Assembly (NCBI GenBank): GCA_029245795.1
Contig: JAQWOP010000003.1
Location: 24,633 to 88,632 of the forward strand
Reading direction: 5' to 3'
Source: Hyphomicrobiales bacterium
GTDB lineage: Bacteria > Pseudomonadota > Alphaproteobacteria > Rhizobiales > TMED25
DNA: 64,000 nt
In this document: one piece after another, positions 33,575 through 44,301 of the stretch
Position numbering within the stretch: position 1 is the stretch's first letter
How the letters are laid out: the number at the start of each line of letters is the position of its first letter
Notes under the pieces: generated by a model
Told to the model about the DNA's origin: nothing
Database searches by the model: none
Seen by the model: the letters and a program-made list of their open reading frames with translations, nothing else
Position numbers and translations under genes: made by a program

Positions 33575-36223
33575 ATGACTAAAACTAATGAAGTAAGACA
33601 AACATTCCTTGAATATTTTAAGAATAAGGGACATAAAATTAATCCCTCTAGTTCTCTTGTTCCACTAAATGATCCTACATTGTTGTTTACTAACGCTGGT
33701 ATGGTGCAATTTAAAAATTATTTTACCGGTATAGAAAAAACAGATATTAAAAGAATTGTTACCTCTCAAAAGGTTGTAAGAGCTGGTGGAAAACATAATG
33801 ATTTAGATAATGTTGGTTATACACATAGACATCATACATTTTTTGAAATGTTGGGTAATTTTTCCTTTGGAGACTATTTTAAAGAAGGTGCCATTAAATT
33901 TGCTTGGGAATTAATTACTAAAGAATTAAAAATTCCAAAAGATAAATTAGTTGTTACGGTATTTCATGAAGATGATCAAGCTCTAAATATATGGAAAAAG
34001 ATATCAGGTCTAAGTGATCATCAAATAATTAAGATTAGTACAAATGATAATTTCTGGTCTATGGGTGATACTGGACCATGTGGTCCATGTTCAGAGATAT
34101 TCTATGATCACGGTGAACATATCGCAGGGGGTCCTCCTGGTTCTCCTGATGAAGATGGAGATAGGTTCGTTGAGATATGGAATCTTGTATTTATGCAGTA
34201 TGATCAGCTCAATAAATCAGAGAGAGTTAACCTTCCTAATCCCTCAATAGATACGGGAATGGGACTTGAAAGGATGACTGCAGTTCTTAATTCAACACAC
34301 TCTAATTTTGATACAGATATATTTCAATCAATTATTAAAGAAATTAGTGAGACTATTAAGAAAAAACCAACTGAAGATATTGCCAGCTATAGAGTTATTG
34401 CTGATCACTTGCGATCGACAGCTTTCCTTATTGCAGATGGTGTTTTACCTTCAAATGAGGGTAGAGGCTATGTTCTCAGAAGAATATGTAGACGCGCAAC
34501 TAGGCATGCTGATTTGATTGGATATAAAAAACCACTACTTAGTCAATTATTACCTTCACTTATTGAGATTATGGGAGATGTTTACCCAGAATTAGAGAAT
34601 AACCAATCATTGATAAGGGAAACTTTACTATATGAAGAAACAAAATTTAGAGAAACTTTAGGCAGGGGTCTTAAAATATTAAATGATGAGCTAGAAAATC
34701 ATCCTAATTCTGGAAACTTCTCAGGAGAAACAGCATTTAAACTATACGATACATACGGCTTTCCAATAGATTTAACCGAAGATTTGTTAAGATCAAAAAA
34801 TATGACAGTTGATATTGATACTTTTAATACAGAAATGAATAAACAAAAGAAACAAAATAAAGCTTCCTGGAAGGGATCAGGAGAGACATCTGATGATAAG
34901 TTCTACTTTGATTTACTTAATAAATACCCATCAACCATATTTATGGGATATCAAAATGAAGAAATACAATCAGAAATATTAGGTATTATTATTGAGGATG
35001 CTGAGGTAGAAAAAATAAAACCAAATCAATCCGCCTCACTGATTCTTAATCAGACAGTTTTTTATGCTCAGTCTGGAGGTCAGATTGCAGACATAGGAGA
35101 AATTACAGATACTAAGAATAATATTAAGTTCATTATAAGTGATGTTGAGAAAATAGGTGGAGCTCTATACCTTCATAAAGGAAGACTTGAAAAGGATTCA
35201 AAAGAGCTAAATATTGGGCAGAGTGTAGATTTAAAGATAAATAATGAATTCAGGAGTAAGGTTTCAAAAAATCACTCAGCAACCCATTTATTGCATGAAT
35301 CTCTTCGGCAAATTCTGGGGGATCACATATCTCAAAAAGGTTCTCTTGTAAACGAATCAAAATTACGTTTTGATTTTAGCCATCAAAAACCTATTTCAGA
35401 CGAAGATTTATTAGAAATAGAAAAAATAGCAAATCATATAGTTTTGCAAAACCAATCTATTGAAACAAAAATAATGACTACAAAAGATGCTATGAAAACT
35501 GGAGCAAGAGCTTTGTTTGGAGAAAAATATGGTAATGAAGTCAGGGTAGTTTCTATGGGAGATTATAAAGGAAAGAATTTTTCAGTGGAGCTTTGTGGAG
35601 GTACACATGCCAAGATGACAGGTGATATTGGCCCAATTAAAATCATGGCAGAACAGGGTGTGGCATCAGGTGTTAGGAGGATAGAGGCAATTACAGGGGA
35701 AGAAACAATAGAATACTTATTTGAGCAAAATAGATTAATATTAAAAGCAAAAGAATTACTTAATGTTCAAAATAATGATATTCTTGAGAAGGTTGCTCAG
35801 ATTTTGAAACAAAAACGCAATACTGAAAAAGAATTAGAATCAATTAACAAGAAAGATAAATTTCAAAATATAAGTAACAGTCTTGAAGAAAATATAATAG
35901 GAGATGTAAAGCTTATTTACCAAGATTTAAATGATGTTTCTCCAAAAGAGTTAAGACAAATATTAGATGATACAAAAGCAAAGAATAACTCTGCAATCAT
36001 TATCCTTATTGGAAGTCAAGATGATAAGAAAATGATAATTGTAGGTGTAACGGATAGTCAAATTAAAAAATATAGTGCAAATAAGATTCTCCAAATTATT
36101 TCAAAGTTCTCTGATATCAAAGGAGGGGGACGAGATGATATGGCGCAAGCAGGGGGAAGCAAAGTTGGAGATAAAAAACAGTTACTGCAAGCAATAGAAA
36201 AATATATTCAAGAAAATGCATAA
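33575..36223 (+). CDS. alaS: Alanine--tRNA ligase
   Basis: 882 aa. RHHTFFEMLGNFSFGDYFK, editing-domain HSATHLLH and CGGTH, C-terminal DHHA1-like GGGR. Confidence 0.99.
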   Translation: MTKTNEVRQTFLEYFKNKGHKINPSSSLVPLNDPTLLFTNAGMVQFKNYFTGIEKTDIKRIVTSQKVVRAGGKHNDLDNVGYTHRHHTFFEMLGNFSFGDYFKEGAIKFAWELITKELKIPKDKLVVTVFHEDDQALNIWKKISGLSDHQIIKISTNDNFWSMGDTGPCGPCSEIFYDHGEHIAGGPPGSPDEDGDRFVEIWNLVFMQYDQLNKSERVNLPNPSIDTGMGLERMTAVLNSTHSNFDTDIFQSIIKEISETIKKKPTEDIASYRVIADHLRSTAFLIADGVLPSNEGRGYVLRRICRRATRHADLIGYKKPLLSQLLPSLIEIMGDVYPELENNQSLIRETLLYEETKFRETLGRGLKILNDELENHPNSGNFSGETAFKLYDTYGFPIDLTEDLLRSKNMTVDIDTFNTEMNKQKKQNKASWKGSGETSDDKFYFDLLNKYPSTIFMGYQNEEIQSEILGIIIEDAEVEKIKPNQSASLILNQTVFYAQSGGQIADIGEITDTKNNIKFIISDVEKIGGALYLHKGRLEKDSKELNIGQSVDLKINNEFRSKVSKNHSATHLLHESLRQILGDHISQKGSLVNESKLRFDFSHQKPISDEDLLEIEKIANHIVLQNQSIETKIMTTKDAMKTGARALFGEKYGNEVRVVSMGDYKGKNFSVELCGGTHAKMTGDIGPIKIMAEQGVASGVRRIEAITGEETIEYLFEQNRLILKAKELLNVQNNDILEKVAQILKQKRNTEKELESINKKDKFQNISNSLEENIIGDVKLIYQDLNDVSPKELRQILDDTKAKNNSAIIILIGSQDDKKMIIVGVTDSQIKKYSANKILQIISKFSDIKGGGRDDMAQAGGSKVGDKKQLLQAIEKYIQENA

Positions 36224-36247
36224 CAGTTATGTAAAGGATATTTTATC

Positions 36248-36772
36248 ATGACGCACACCCTAATGCCAAACAAACAAGCACCTGAACTATCTTTATCACT
36301 AGTTGGCGGTGGTGATTGGTGTTTATCCAAACAAGAGCCTGAAAATTTTACTATGATCATTTTTTATCGTGGCTTACATTGCCCTGTCTGCAAAAGTTAT
36401 TTAGGGAAATTAAACGCAATGATGAATGATATATTGGATCTTGGTTTTTCGGTGATTGTAGCTTCAATGGATCCATTAAAAAGGGCTGAACAAGCAAAAG
36501 AAGAATGGGGTCTTGATAGATTAAAAGTTGCTTATGGGTTAGAAATAGAAACTGCTAAAAAATGGGGATTGTATATTTCAAAATCTATAAAAGATTCAGA
36601 GAATTCGGTTTTTTCTGAACCTGGCTTAATATGGGTTCGTCCCGATGGAACTCTATACTTGATAGATATTAGTAATATGCCTTGGGCACGTCCAGAATTG
36701 GAAACACTAATGCCAAAAGCAAAATTTGCCGTTGAGAATAACTATCCTGCTCGAGGTAATGCTGATACATAG
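36248..36772 (+). CDS. AhpC/TSA-family peroxiredoxin-like protein
   Basis: 174 aa. FYRGLHCPVCKSYL (thioredoxin-fold CxxC/peroxidatic Cys context). Confidence 0.7.
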   Translation: MTHTLMPNKQAPELSLSLVGGGDWCLSKQEPENFTMIIFYRGLHCPVCKSYLGKLNAMMNDILDLGFSVIVASMDPLKRAEQAKEEWGLDRLKVAYGLEIETAKKWGLYISKSIKDSENSVFSEPGLIWVRPDGTLYLIDISNMPWARPELETLMPKAKFAVENNYPARGNADT

Positions 36773-36781
36773 AATTGTTAA

Positions 36782-38152
36782 TTAACTATTCCATGAAGTT
36801 ATAGATGCTTTAAGCTTTTCATATCCTTCTATAAAGCCTGGTCTATCACTTGCATAGATACTATCAAATTTGTTCATAACATCATCAAGCCATTCTTTTA
36901 ATTCTTTATTATTAGGGTTGGCATCAATGTATGCATCGCGTATTAGGACAAAGTGAATTCTTGGGTCATATGGTTTCTTAGTTCCACCAACACTTTCATC
37001 TCCATCTAAGAGTCTTAACAACATAGCATCAGCAGATCCCAGAGTTTGCTCATGTATTGGAGGACCGTCCATTCTATACATAACAGAAGTCATATCTCTT
37101 CCATTTCCTGTTGTATAACCCATTTCATTCCAGAGATAGTCCATATGAGCTTTTGAATCTACTTTAGCCAGTATTTTACTTCCGAAATATCTTAATGGAT
37201 CTGATACATCAGCCAGTAAATCTGTTAGCCTGTCACCATCTAAATCTGTGGCAAGAATAATGCATTCTTGGTGGTTTATTAGATCCCATAACATAAGTCC
37301 ATAATTAGTGTCAGCAATATGTTGTTCTATTTGACCCGACCATTCACTCATTTCATCTTTGAAATTTTTTGGAAGTAAGGCGATTATCTTTTCAATATTT
37401 TCTTTGTGTTCATCATAGGCGTTTACTGCCCATTTTCTCCCAATAGTAAATTTTGTTCCTTCTAGCAACCATGTCAGTAGCCCAGCGTTAATTCCATCTT
37501 CCATTGCTTGTGTTGGTTTAAACGCCACCCTACCAAGTTTTTTTGTGTCATTAACCATTTTCAGGAATAGTTTAGCGGCATAGGCCATTTGTATTCCGGG
37601 TGTATTCATTTCAGAGTGAATGATTCCAGTTTCTGCATTTACATTAAAGACTTTTTTATCTTGTGAATAAGGAAGACATGGCATACAACGAACAACAGTT
37701 ATGGGTCCATAAGGTCTGACATTACAATAGACACCTGCTTGTGTTCTAAGTGGAGCATTCCCTGATTTACCCATTACAACCACTTTAGAACCATCTGGAT
37801 CTTTAACATAAGCATCCCCTGCGGTTGACCACTTGATGGAGGTTATTGGCATATTACCAAACCAACTTAGGGGGCTTAGTTTCTTATCATGTCTTATTTG
37901 AGACCACATTGGTATTGCATAGAATGGTAATCCTAATACATCTATAGCAGCAACAGTTCCAATTAAGGCAAAGGCATCAGTTAAAGAGTGAGTGATAGGC
38001 TTTATATTAGAATTATGATTGCCACCTTCCCAAACAATAGCTTCTGGGTATCCATTTGGTCTTATATCTGTTTCCTGATATAGGTCGTTAAATATTTCTT
38101 CTAAATTTCCACTAGCAGCTTCAGTTTTTGCTATTTTTAATAGATCTATCAT
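36782..38152 (-). CDS. Hypothetical cytoplasmic protein, no family recognised
   Basis: 456 aa. ATG preceded by the GAGGA Shine-Dalgarno sequence. Composition is non-biased and enzyme-like, with no signal peptide or TM segment. Notable strings: VRCMPCLPYSQD, HSEMNTPGIQMAYAAK, LATDLDGDRLTDLLADVSDPLRYFG, MYRMDGPPIHEQTLGSADAMLL. Confidence 0.7.
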   Translation of the reverse strand: MIDLLKIAKTEAASGNLEEIFNDLYQETDIRPNGYPEAIVWEGGNHNSNIKPITHSLTDAFALIGTVAAIDVLGLPFYAIPMWSQIRHDKKLSPLSWFGNMPITSIKWSTAGDAYVKDPDGSKVVVMGKSGNAPLRTQAGVYCNVRPYGPITVVRCMPCLPYSQDKKVFNVNAETGIIHSEMNTPGIQMAYAAKLFLKMVNDTKKLGRVAFKPTQAMEDGINAGLLTWLLEGTKFTIGRKWAVNAYDEHKENIEKIIALLPKNFKDEMSEWSGQIEQHIADTNYGLMLWDLINHQECIILATDLDGDRLTDLLADVSDPLRYFGSKILAKVDSKAHMDYLWNEMGYTTGNGRDMTSVMYRMDGPPIHEQTLGSADAMLLRLLDGDESVGGTKKPYDPRIHFVLIRDAYIDANPNNKELKEWLDDVMNKFDSIYASDRPGFIEGYEKLKASITSWNS

Positions 38153-38288
38153 TTAATTTCCTCAGAGTATTATTGAATCCGTATGTTTTAAATTTGTAGT
38201 TATTTAATCCTTTATTGATATATATTTGATATAACAATAGGTATTGGTTGGTCAATATTTAAATAAGATTTGTAGGGCATAAATAATC

Positions 38289-39089
38289 TTGAAACTACAG
38301 AAAAAGAAAAAAATTGCAAATGAGCTTGAAAATAATAAACAAGAACTAGTTATTATTCTTGTGAATCCTCAGCTTGGAAATAACATTGGATCTGTCGCTC
38401 GAGTTATGGCAAATTTCTCTCTCTTTAAGTTAAGACTTGTTAATCCAAGAAGTGGCTGGCTAAATTCAGAAACATATAGTTCTAGTTCGGGTGCTTCAGC
38501 AATTATTGATAATGCAGGCGTCTTTGATGACGTTAAATCAGCTATTTCAGATTTAGATTTTGTATATGCTACGACAGCTAGAAGAAGAGATATAATAAAA
38601 GAAGTTTTAAGTCCTAGATCTGCGGCATTAGAAATTAGACCAGATATAAATCTTGGTAAGAAAATAGGTATTCTTTTTGGAGGTGAAAAGTCAGGACTTT
38701 CAAATGAAGAATTGGCGTATACAGATAAGATAATTACCTCACCAGTCAATCCAAGTTTTGCATCATTAAATTTAGCACAAGCTGTAAATATATTTTCATA
38801 CGAATACTACCTAACTGGGGAGATTGATGCTCTTGGAAGAGTAACAGAGAGTGATAGGGGCAGATTAGAAGGTTTATCCAGTGATAAAACAAAAAATGCA
38901 AGTAAGAAAGAATATATTCATTTTATGGAATTTATTGAAGGGGCATTGATGGAAACTGGTTTTTTTGATATGCCAGAGAAAAAAAAATTAATGCTAAATA
39001 ACATCAGAAGTATGTTTCAGAGACAGAATCTAACTCAAAAAGATATTAAAATATTATTTGGAATATTTAAACATATCCTTAATAACTGA
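38289..39089 (+). CDS. SpoU/TrmH-class RNA 2'-O-methyltransferase (TrmJ-like)
   Basis: 266 aa, TTG start. LVNPQLGNNIGSVARVMANF, LFGGEKSGLSNEEL, SLNLAQAVNIFSYE (SPOUT knot motifs). Confidence 0.75.
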   Translation: MKLQKKKKIANELENNKQELVIILVNPQLGNNIGSVARVMANFSLFKLRLVNPRSGWLNSETYSSSSGASAIIDNAGVFDDVKSAISDLDFVYATTARRRDIIKEVLSPRSAALEIRPDINLGKKIGILFGGEKSGLSNEELAYTDKIITSPVNPSFASLNLAQAVNIFSYEYYLTGEIDALGRVTESDRGRLEGLSSDKTKNASKKEYIHFMEFIEGALMETGFFDMPEKKKLMLNNIRSMFQRQNLTQKDIKILFGIFKHILNN

Positions 39090-39106
39090 TTTTTTATAAG
39101 TTATCG

Positions 39107-39135
39107 TTGACACAATTATCCATAGATTGTAGAGA
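39107..39135 (+). promoter_or_regulatory. Putative sigma70-type promoter of rpsD (TTGACA-N17-TAGAGA)
   Basis: TTGACA at 39107..39112, a 17-nt spacer, and TAGAGA at 39130..39135. It is about 90 nt upstream of the rpsD ATG, leaving a leader that contains GGAGGGCGGATCC and the GGAGGA Shine-Dalgarno sequence. Confidence 0.4.
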
Positions 39136-39224
39136 TATTGTAGTTCAACCCGCGATTTTGATTATAAATCAACATTCTGTCAGCAATTATGCTTAGGAGG
39201 GCGGATCCAAATGGAGGATTTAGA

Positions 39225-39842
39225 ATGACAAAGAGAATAAGCGCTAAATATAAAATTGATCGCAGACTCGGCGAAAATATTTGGGGAAGACCCAAAAGTC
39301 CTGTTAACAGAAGAAGCTACGCTCCTGGAGAGCATGGTCAGCGAAGGCAGGGAAAGCCATCAGATTACGGTTTGCAACTTAGAGCAAAACAAAAACTAAA
39401 AGGCTATTATGGCAATCTTACTGAGAAACAATTCAAAGCATGTTATAAAGAGGCTGTTCGTGTTAAAGGTGATACAGGAGAAAACCTTATTGGATTACTA
39501 GAAAGAAGACTAGACGCTGTAGTTTATAGATCAAAAGTTGTTCCAACAGTTTTCGCAGCTAGGCAGTTTGTCAATCACGGACATGTATCTGTAAACGGCA
39601 AGAAAACAAACATTGGAAGTTATAGAGTTAAAATTGGTGATATTGTTGAAGTACATGAGAAATCAAGAACTATTCCAATGGTTCTCCAATCTATAGAGAG
39701 TCAAGAAAGAGACATACCGGACTATATTGATTTTGATCAATCCAAATTTACAATATCAATGAAAAACATACCAAATCTTAGTGATGTCCCATATCCAGTG
39801 CAGATGGAACCTAATCTTGTTATTGAATTCTACTCAAGATAA
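39225..39842 (+). CDS. rpsD: 30S ribosomal protein S4
   Basis: [26 protein letters not shown] is the canonical S4 N-terminus. GGAGGA sits 8 nt upstream of ATG 39225. The track start 39189 adds 12 implausible residues. Confidence 0.96.
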   Translation: MTKRISAKYKIDRRLGENIWGRPKSPVNRRSYAPGEHGQRRQGKPSDYGLQLRAKQKLKGYYGNLTEKQFKACYKEAVRVKGDTGENLIGLLERRLDAVVYRSKVVPTVFAARQFVNHGHVSVNGKKTNIGSYRVKIGDIVEVHEKSRTIPMVLQSIESQERDIPDYIDFDQSKFTISMKNIPNLSDVPYPVQMEPNLVIEFYSR

Positions 39843-40172
39843 TTAATTTGTTTTAATTCCTTGATCTATAAAGAATTGTTTGAGTTCATTTTCTTCAAAC
39901 ATTTCTTTTATGATATCTGCTCCTCCAATAAATTCACTCTTTACATATAACTGAGGTATTGTTGGCCAGTTAGTATATTCCTTGATGCCACTACGTATTT
40001 TGTCATCATCAAGGACATTGACAGTAGAAAATTCAATGCCAAGGTAATTCAATATTTGAACAACTTGGCTGGAAAAACCACATTGTGGTAAATCGGGTGT
40101 ACCTTTCATAAAAAGGACTACATCAGATGAAGTAATCTTTTGATGCAGTAAATTTGTAATATTTTCTTCCAT
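39843..40172 (-). CDS. grxD: Monothiol glutaredoxin (Grx4/GrxD family)
   Basis: 109 aa. CGFS active site (PQCGFSSQV) and WPTIPQLYV. Confidence 0.93.
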   Translation of the reverse strand: MEENITNLLHQKITSSDVVLFMKGTPDLPQCGFSSQVVQILNYLGIEFSTVNVLDDDKIRSGIKEYTNWPTIPQLYVKSEFIGGADIIKEMFEENELKQFFIDQGIKTN

Positions 40173-40186
40173 TTTAATCCTCGTTT

Positions 40187-40417
40187 TTATATTGAAATTG
40201 TTTTAATTTGGAGCGCGTGAAGCTTTGTCCCCATCTTTTTTTCAAGAGCTTTATATACAAGCTGATGTTGTTCTAATCTTGTTTTTTCTCTGAATGATTT
40301 TGATCTGACAACTAGGGAATAATGATTATCATCTCCGGCTAAGTCTTTGATTTCAATCATTGCATCCGGTAAAGCTCTAAGAATTAAATTCTCTAATTCT
40401 GATTCTTTCATACTCAT
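40187..40417 (-). CDS. BolA-family protein
   Basis: 76 aa. ...DDNHYSLVVRSKSFREKTRLEQHQLVY...LHALQIKT matches the BolA pattern. It is adjacent to grxD, its known partner. Confidence 0.85.
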   Translation of the reverse strand: MSMKESELENLILRALPDAMIEIKDLAGDDNHYSLVVRSKSFREKTRLEQHQLVYKALEKKMGTKLHALQIKTISI

Positions 40418-40431
40418 ATATTATTCCAGTA

Positions 40432-42600
40432 TTAATTACACATTATTGATGGTATCAAGCTTTCGTAAGCATTAGTTAATTCATCCATTGATATAGTGAT
40501 ATTATTATTAATTTTCAATTCTTTAGGGGTAACTTTTCCGAGTATATAATTTTCTATTTCTAGTTTTTCTAGTCTTGAAAAGAGATTATATCGGTTATTC
40601 TGAGAGACTGTTACAACGTATCTTGATTGATCTTCTCCAAATAATTGATTAATAATATTTTTATTGGAGACAGAAATTTTAGCTCCTAACTTTGATTTGA
40701 GCATAATCATTTCACAAATGGATATTATAAGACCTCCATCGGATATATCATGACAATCAGTGATCATATTATCTTGAATAAGAGATAATACTGCTTTACC
40801 AATATTTTTTTCTAAATTTAAATTAACTGCAGGTGGTTCACCAGTTGTTTCTCCATAGATCACCTCTTCCAGAGTAGAACATGCAAGATGTTCTCCTATC
40901 TTACCAATTAAAACTATCTCATCTCCTATTTTAGGATCGCCAAAGTCATCCAGAAAATCTATATTTTCAATTAGTCCAACTCCTCCAATTGTTGGAGTGT
41001 TTTTTATCGCACTTCCATTTGTCTCATTATATAAAGACACGTTACCGGACACTACTGGATAGTCTAAAACAATTGATGCTTCCGTTATTCCCTTAATCGT
41101 ATCAACAAAATCTGACATAATTTCAGGTTTTTCTGGATTACCAAAATTTAAACAATTTGTTATTGCAAGTGGTTTGGCTCCAGATGAAATAATATTTCTC
41201 CAACATTCTGCAACAGCTTGTATTGCTCCTATTTTTGCATTAGTTTCACAATATCTAGGATTTACATCACATGACATTGATATTGCCTTATTTGTATCAT
41301 TTATTCTAACAATCCCCGCATCGCATCCTGAGGAATTTAAAGTATTCGCCATGATTGTTCTATCGTATTGTTCCCATATCCATTTTTTGGAACAAATATT
41401 TGCAGAATTTAAAACCTTTAATATAAATTCCTTAGTATCAGCATCGAATATTTTATCCCTATATTCTACAGATTTAGATTTCTTGATTGTTTTTCTTTCA
41501 TAGATTGGAGCGTTATCAGTTAGGTATCTTATTGGGATATCAGCTTCTATATTTCCTTGATGAATTACTTTGATATTTTTTGTATCAGTTATCTTCCCGA
41601 CTATTGCAAAATCAACTCCCCATTTTTTAAAAACATTTTTTGCAACCTCTGTTTTTTCAGGAGTTAATACCATGAGCATGCGTTCTTGACTTTCAGATAA
41701 CATTATTTCGTATGCTGATAGATTTTTTTGTCTTATTGGTATCTCATCTAGATGGAGTTCAATGCCAACTTGTCCTTTATCTGCCATTTCAACTGAAGAA
41801 GATGTAAGGCCAGCGGCTCCCATATCTTGAATTGAAATTATGGCATCTTTCTGCATAAGTTCTAAGCAAGCTTCTAGGAGTAATTTTTCTGCGTATGGAT
41901 CTCCAACTTGAACTGTAGGTCTATTTTTTTCTGAATCTTCATCAAATTCACCTGAAGCCATTGTTGCTCCATGGATTCCATCCCTTCCAGTCTTCGCGCC
42001 AACATAAACAACAGGATTCCCTATACCAGAAGCTTTAGAGTAAAAGATTTTATCTGATTTAGCGACGCCTACACACATTGCATTAACAAGATTATTACCA
42101 TTATAAGAACTATCAAATCCAGTTTCCCCAGATACCGTAGGTATCCCAACACAATTTCCATAGCCACCAATTCCAGCGACAACTCCCGATAAAAGATATT
42201 TTGTTCTTGGATGGTTCAATTCTCCAAATCTTATAGAATTAAGAAGAGCAATAGGGCGAGCACCCATTGTGAATATATCTCTCATAATACCACCAACACC
42301 AGTTGCAGCTCCTTGATATGGCTCAATAAAGGAAGGATGGTTATGGCTTTCCATTTTAAAAACCACAACTTGACCATCTCCAATATCAATGACACCAGCA
42401 TTTTCTCCAGGCCCCTGAATAACTTGTTTACCTTCGGTATGGAGATTTTTAAGCCAATAGCGAGAGGATTTATAAGAACAATGTTCAGACCACATAACAG
42501 AAAATATACCAATTTCTGTATTAGATGGATCTCTTTCCATATAATCTAAAAGTAGTTTCTTTTCTTTTTCATCTATTCCATGTTTTTTATATATATCCAT
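40432..42600 (-). CDS. purL: Phosphoribosylformylglycinamidine synthase subunit PurL
   Basis: 722 aa. [25 protein letters not shown]. Preceded by purQ and purS. Confidence 0.97.
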   Translation of the reverse strand: MDIYKKHGIDEKEKKLLLDYMERDPSNTEIGIFSVMWSEHCSYKSSRYWLKNLHTEGKQVIQGPGENAGVIDIGDGQVVVFKMESHNHPSFIEPYQGAATGVGGIMRDIFTMGARPIALLNSIRFGELNHPRTKYLLSGVVAGIGGYGNCVGIPTVSGETGFDSSYNGNNLVNAMCVGVAKSDKIFYSKASGIGNPVVYVGAKTGRDGIHGATMASGEFDEDSEKNRPTVQVGDPYAEKLLLEACLELMQKDAIISIQDMGAAGLTSSSVEMADKGQVGIELHLDEIPIRQKNLSAYEIMLSESQERMLMVLTPEKTEVAKNVFKKWGVDFAIVGKITDTKNIKVIHQGNIEADIPIRYLTDNAPIYERKTIKKSKSVEYRDKIFDADTKEFILKVLNSANICSKKWIWEQYDRTIMANTLNSSGCDAGIVRINDTNKAISMSCDVNPRYCETNAKIGAIQAVAECWRNIISSGAKPLAITNCLNFGNPEKPEIMSDFVDTIKGITEASIVLDYPVVSGNVSLYNETNGSAIKNTPTIGGVGLIENIDFLDDFGDPKIGDEIVLIGKIGEHLACSTLEEVIYGETTGEPPAVNLNLEKNIGKAVLSLIQDNMITDCHDISDGGLIISICEMIMLKSKLGAKISVSNKNIINQLFGEDQSRYVVTVSQNNRYNLFSRLEKLEIENYILGKVTPKELKINNNITISMDELTNAYESLIPSIMCN

Positions 42601-42612
42601 TGAATTCTCTTC

Positions 42613-43278
42613 TTATATATTTGCAAAGTTAAGCATGGACTCAAAAAATTTTATGCCATCATCTGATCCAGTTCTAATATCAATAGCCCTTTCAGGGTGA
42701 GGCATGAGTCCCAAAACATTAAATTTTTGATTATACAAACCTGCAATATCGTTCAATGAGCCATTGATAGGGTCAACATATCTCATAGCAATTTGTTGAT
42801 TATCTTCAATTTCCATTAGAGCTTTTTTTTCAATGAAAAAATTACCATCATGATGTGCAACTGGAATACTTACAGTTTCATTTTTTGCAAATGAAGATGT
42901 AAAGAAAGTATCATTTCGTATAATTTTTATTTTTATAGTTTTTGATATGAATTTTAATGAATTATTTTTTAAAAGGACTCCAGGGAGAAGGTTTACTTCA
43001 GTTAAGATTTGAAACCCATTACAGATACCAAGAATATAAACTCCATTTTTGGCCTTATTTACGAGATCTAGCATAACTGGCTCTCTAGCAGCAATTGCAC
43101 CCGACCGTAAATAATCTCCATAAGAAAATCCGCCAGGAATAATTATTAAATCAGATTTAGGGATCTCTTTTTCTTTACAGGATATAATTTTTGGAATTGT
43201 ATTTAGTTTTCTAGAAACAGCATTTGCTGTATCAACATCACAATTCGTACCGGGAAATGATATAATTGTTACGTCCAT
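42613..43278 (-). CDS. purQ: Phosphoribosylformylglycinamidine synthase subunit PurQ (glutaminase)
   Basis: 221 aa. GICNGFQIL nucleophile Cys, MPHPER. Confidence 0.95.
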   Translation of the reverse strand: MDVTIISFPGTNCDVDTANAVSRKLNTIPKIISCKEKEIPKSDLIIIPGGFSYGDYLRSGAIAAREPVMLDLVNKAKNGVYILGICNGFQILTEVNLLPGVLLKNNSLKFISKTIKIKIIRNDTFFTSSFAKNETVSIPVAHHDGNFFIEKKALMEIEDNQQIAMRYVDPINGSLNDIAGLYNQKFNVLGLMPHPERAIDIRTGSDDGIKFFESMLNFANI

Positions 43279-43279
43279 A

Positions 43280-43519
43280 TTACTTAATTTCTATTGAGTA
43301 TTCCTCAATAACTGTATTTGCTAAAAGAGTTTTTGTAACTTGGTCAACGGTTTTTTTTACTTCATCAATATTGTGAGAATTAATATCCATTTCTATTAAT
43401 TTGCCCTGTCTTACATTTGATATTTTTTTTTGTCCAAGATTTTTTAAGGCACTTTCAATTGCTTGTCCTTGAGGGTCAAGAACTTCACTTTTTAATCTTA
43501 CATATACTAGTGCCTTCAT
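43280..43519 (-). CDS. purS: Phosphoribosylformylglycinamidine synthase subunit PurS
   Basis: 79 aa. VLDPQGQAIESALKNLG. Position between purC and purQ. Confidence 0.9.
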   Translation of the reverse strand: MKALVYVRLKSEVLDPQGQAIESALKNLGQKKISNVRQGKLIEMDINSHNIDEVKKTVDQVTKTLLANTVIEEYSIEIK

Positions 43520-43522
43520 AAA

Positions 43523-44287
43523 TTATCCTTTTATCAAAGTGGGTTTATTATTTTTAGATACTTCATTAATATTTATTAACCCCATTCTTCTTGCTACTTC
43601 ATGATAGCCATCTAAAAGGTTTCCTGTGCTCTCTCTAAATACATCTTTATCCATTTTCAGCTTTGTTTCAAAGTCCCAAAGCCTACATGAGTCAGGACTA
43701 ATTTCATCAGCTAGAATTACATGTACTTCCTCATTTTTGAAAATTCTTCCAAATTCAATTTTAAAGTCAATTAGCTGTATTTTTAATGCAGAAAAGTATC
43801 CGACGAGAAAGTCATTAATTCTAAAAGCAAGAGATGAAATGTCATCTAATTCATTTTGATTTGCCCACCCAAAAGTTATAATATGTTCCTCACTCACAAT
43901 GGGATCTTTAAGTAAATCATCTTTGAGGTAAAATTCTATTAATGGGCGTGTTAGCTTTTCGCCATCGGGTATACCAAGTCTTTTTGTCAATGATCCAGTA
44001 GCTACGTTTCTGATAACAACTTCCAGTGGGATTATATCAACCTCATGAATAAGTTGTTCTCTCATGTTAAGTCTTTTTATAAAGTGATTAGGAATATCAA
44101 TAGCTGATAGGAGTGTGAAAATATGTTCTGAAATACGATTATTTATTACACCTTTTCCTTCAAATATTTCCATTTTTTCATTATTATTAGCTGTTGCATC
44201 ATCTTTGAAATGTTGGATTAATGTCCCCTGTTCGGGACCTTTATATAAAATTTTAGCCTTACCTTCATAAATTTTACTTTTTTTCAT
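43523..44287 (-). CDS. purC: Phosphoribosylaminoimidazole-succinocarboxamide (SAICAR) synthase
   Basis: 254 aa. [39 protein letters not shown]. Confidence 0.95.
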   Translation of the reverse strand: MKKSKIYEGKAKILYKGPEQGTLIQHFKDDATANNNEKMEIFEGKGVINNRISEHIFTLLSAIDIPNHFIKRLNMREQLIHEVDIIPLEVVIRNVATGSLTKRLGIPDGEKLTRPLIEFYLKDDLLKDPIVSEEHIITFGWANQNELDDISSLAFRINDFLVGYFSALKIQLIDFKIEFGRIFKNEEVHVILADEISPDSCRLWDFETKLKMDKDVFRESTGNLLDGYHEVARRMGLININEVSKNNKPTLIKG

Positions 44288-44301
44288 TGCCTAACCTTTG
44301 G

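Noticed and set aside
38215-38233. Direct repeat TTGATATA-tat-TTGATATA (11-bp period) between the unknown 456-aa gene and the TrmJ-like gene
   Set aside because: There are only two copies of an 8-mer made of TA-rich low-complexity sequence (part of a TATATAT run). This is much weaker than the 2.8-copy repeat at 11466..11496.
38369-38749. 126-aa minus-strand ORF inside the TrmJ-like gene. The same verdict applies to 16002..16346, 41174..41503, 42211..42549, 62767..63135 and the other 60-110-aa antisense track ORFs.
   Set aside because: All are wholly nested antisense to genes with strong family signatures. All have low-complexity hydrophobic translations and lack ribosome-binding context.
39116-39124. 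DnaA-box-like TTATCCATA (8/9 match to TTATCCACA) upstream of rpsD
   Set aside because: It is a single isolated near-match inside a putative promoter spacer. There is no cluster of boxes and no AT-rich unwinding element arrangement or dnaA/hemE-type context suggesting an origin.
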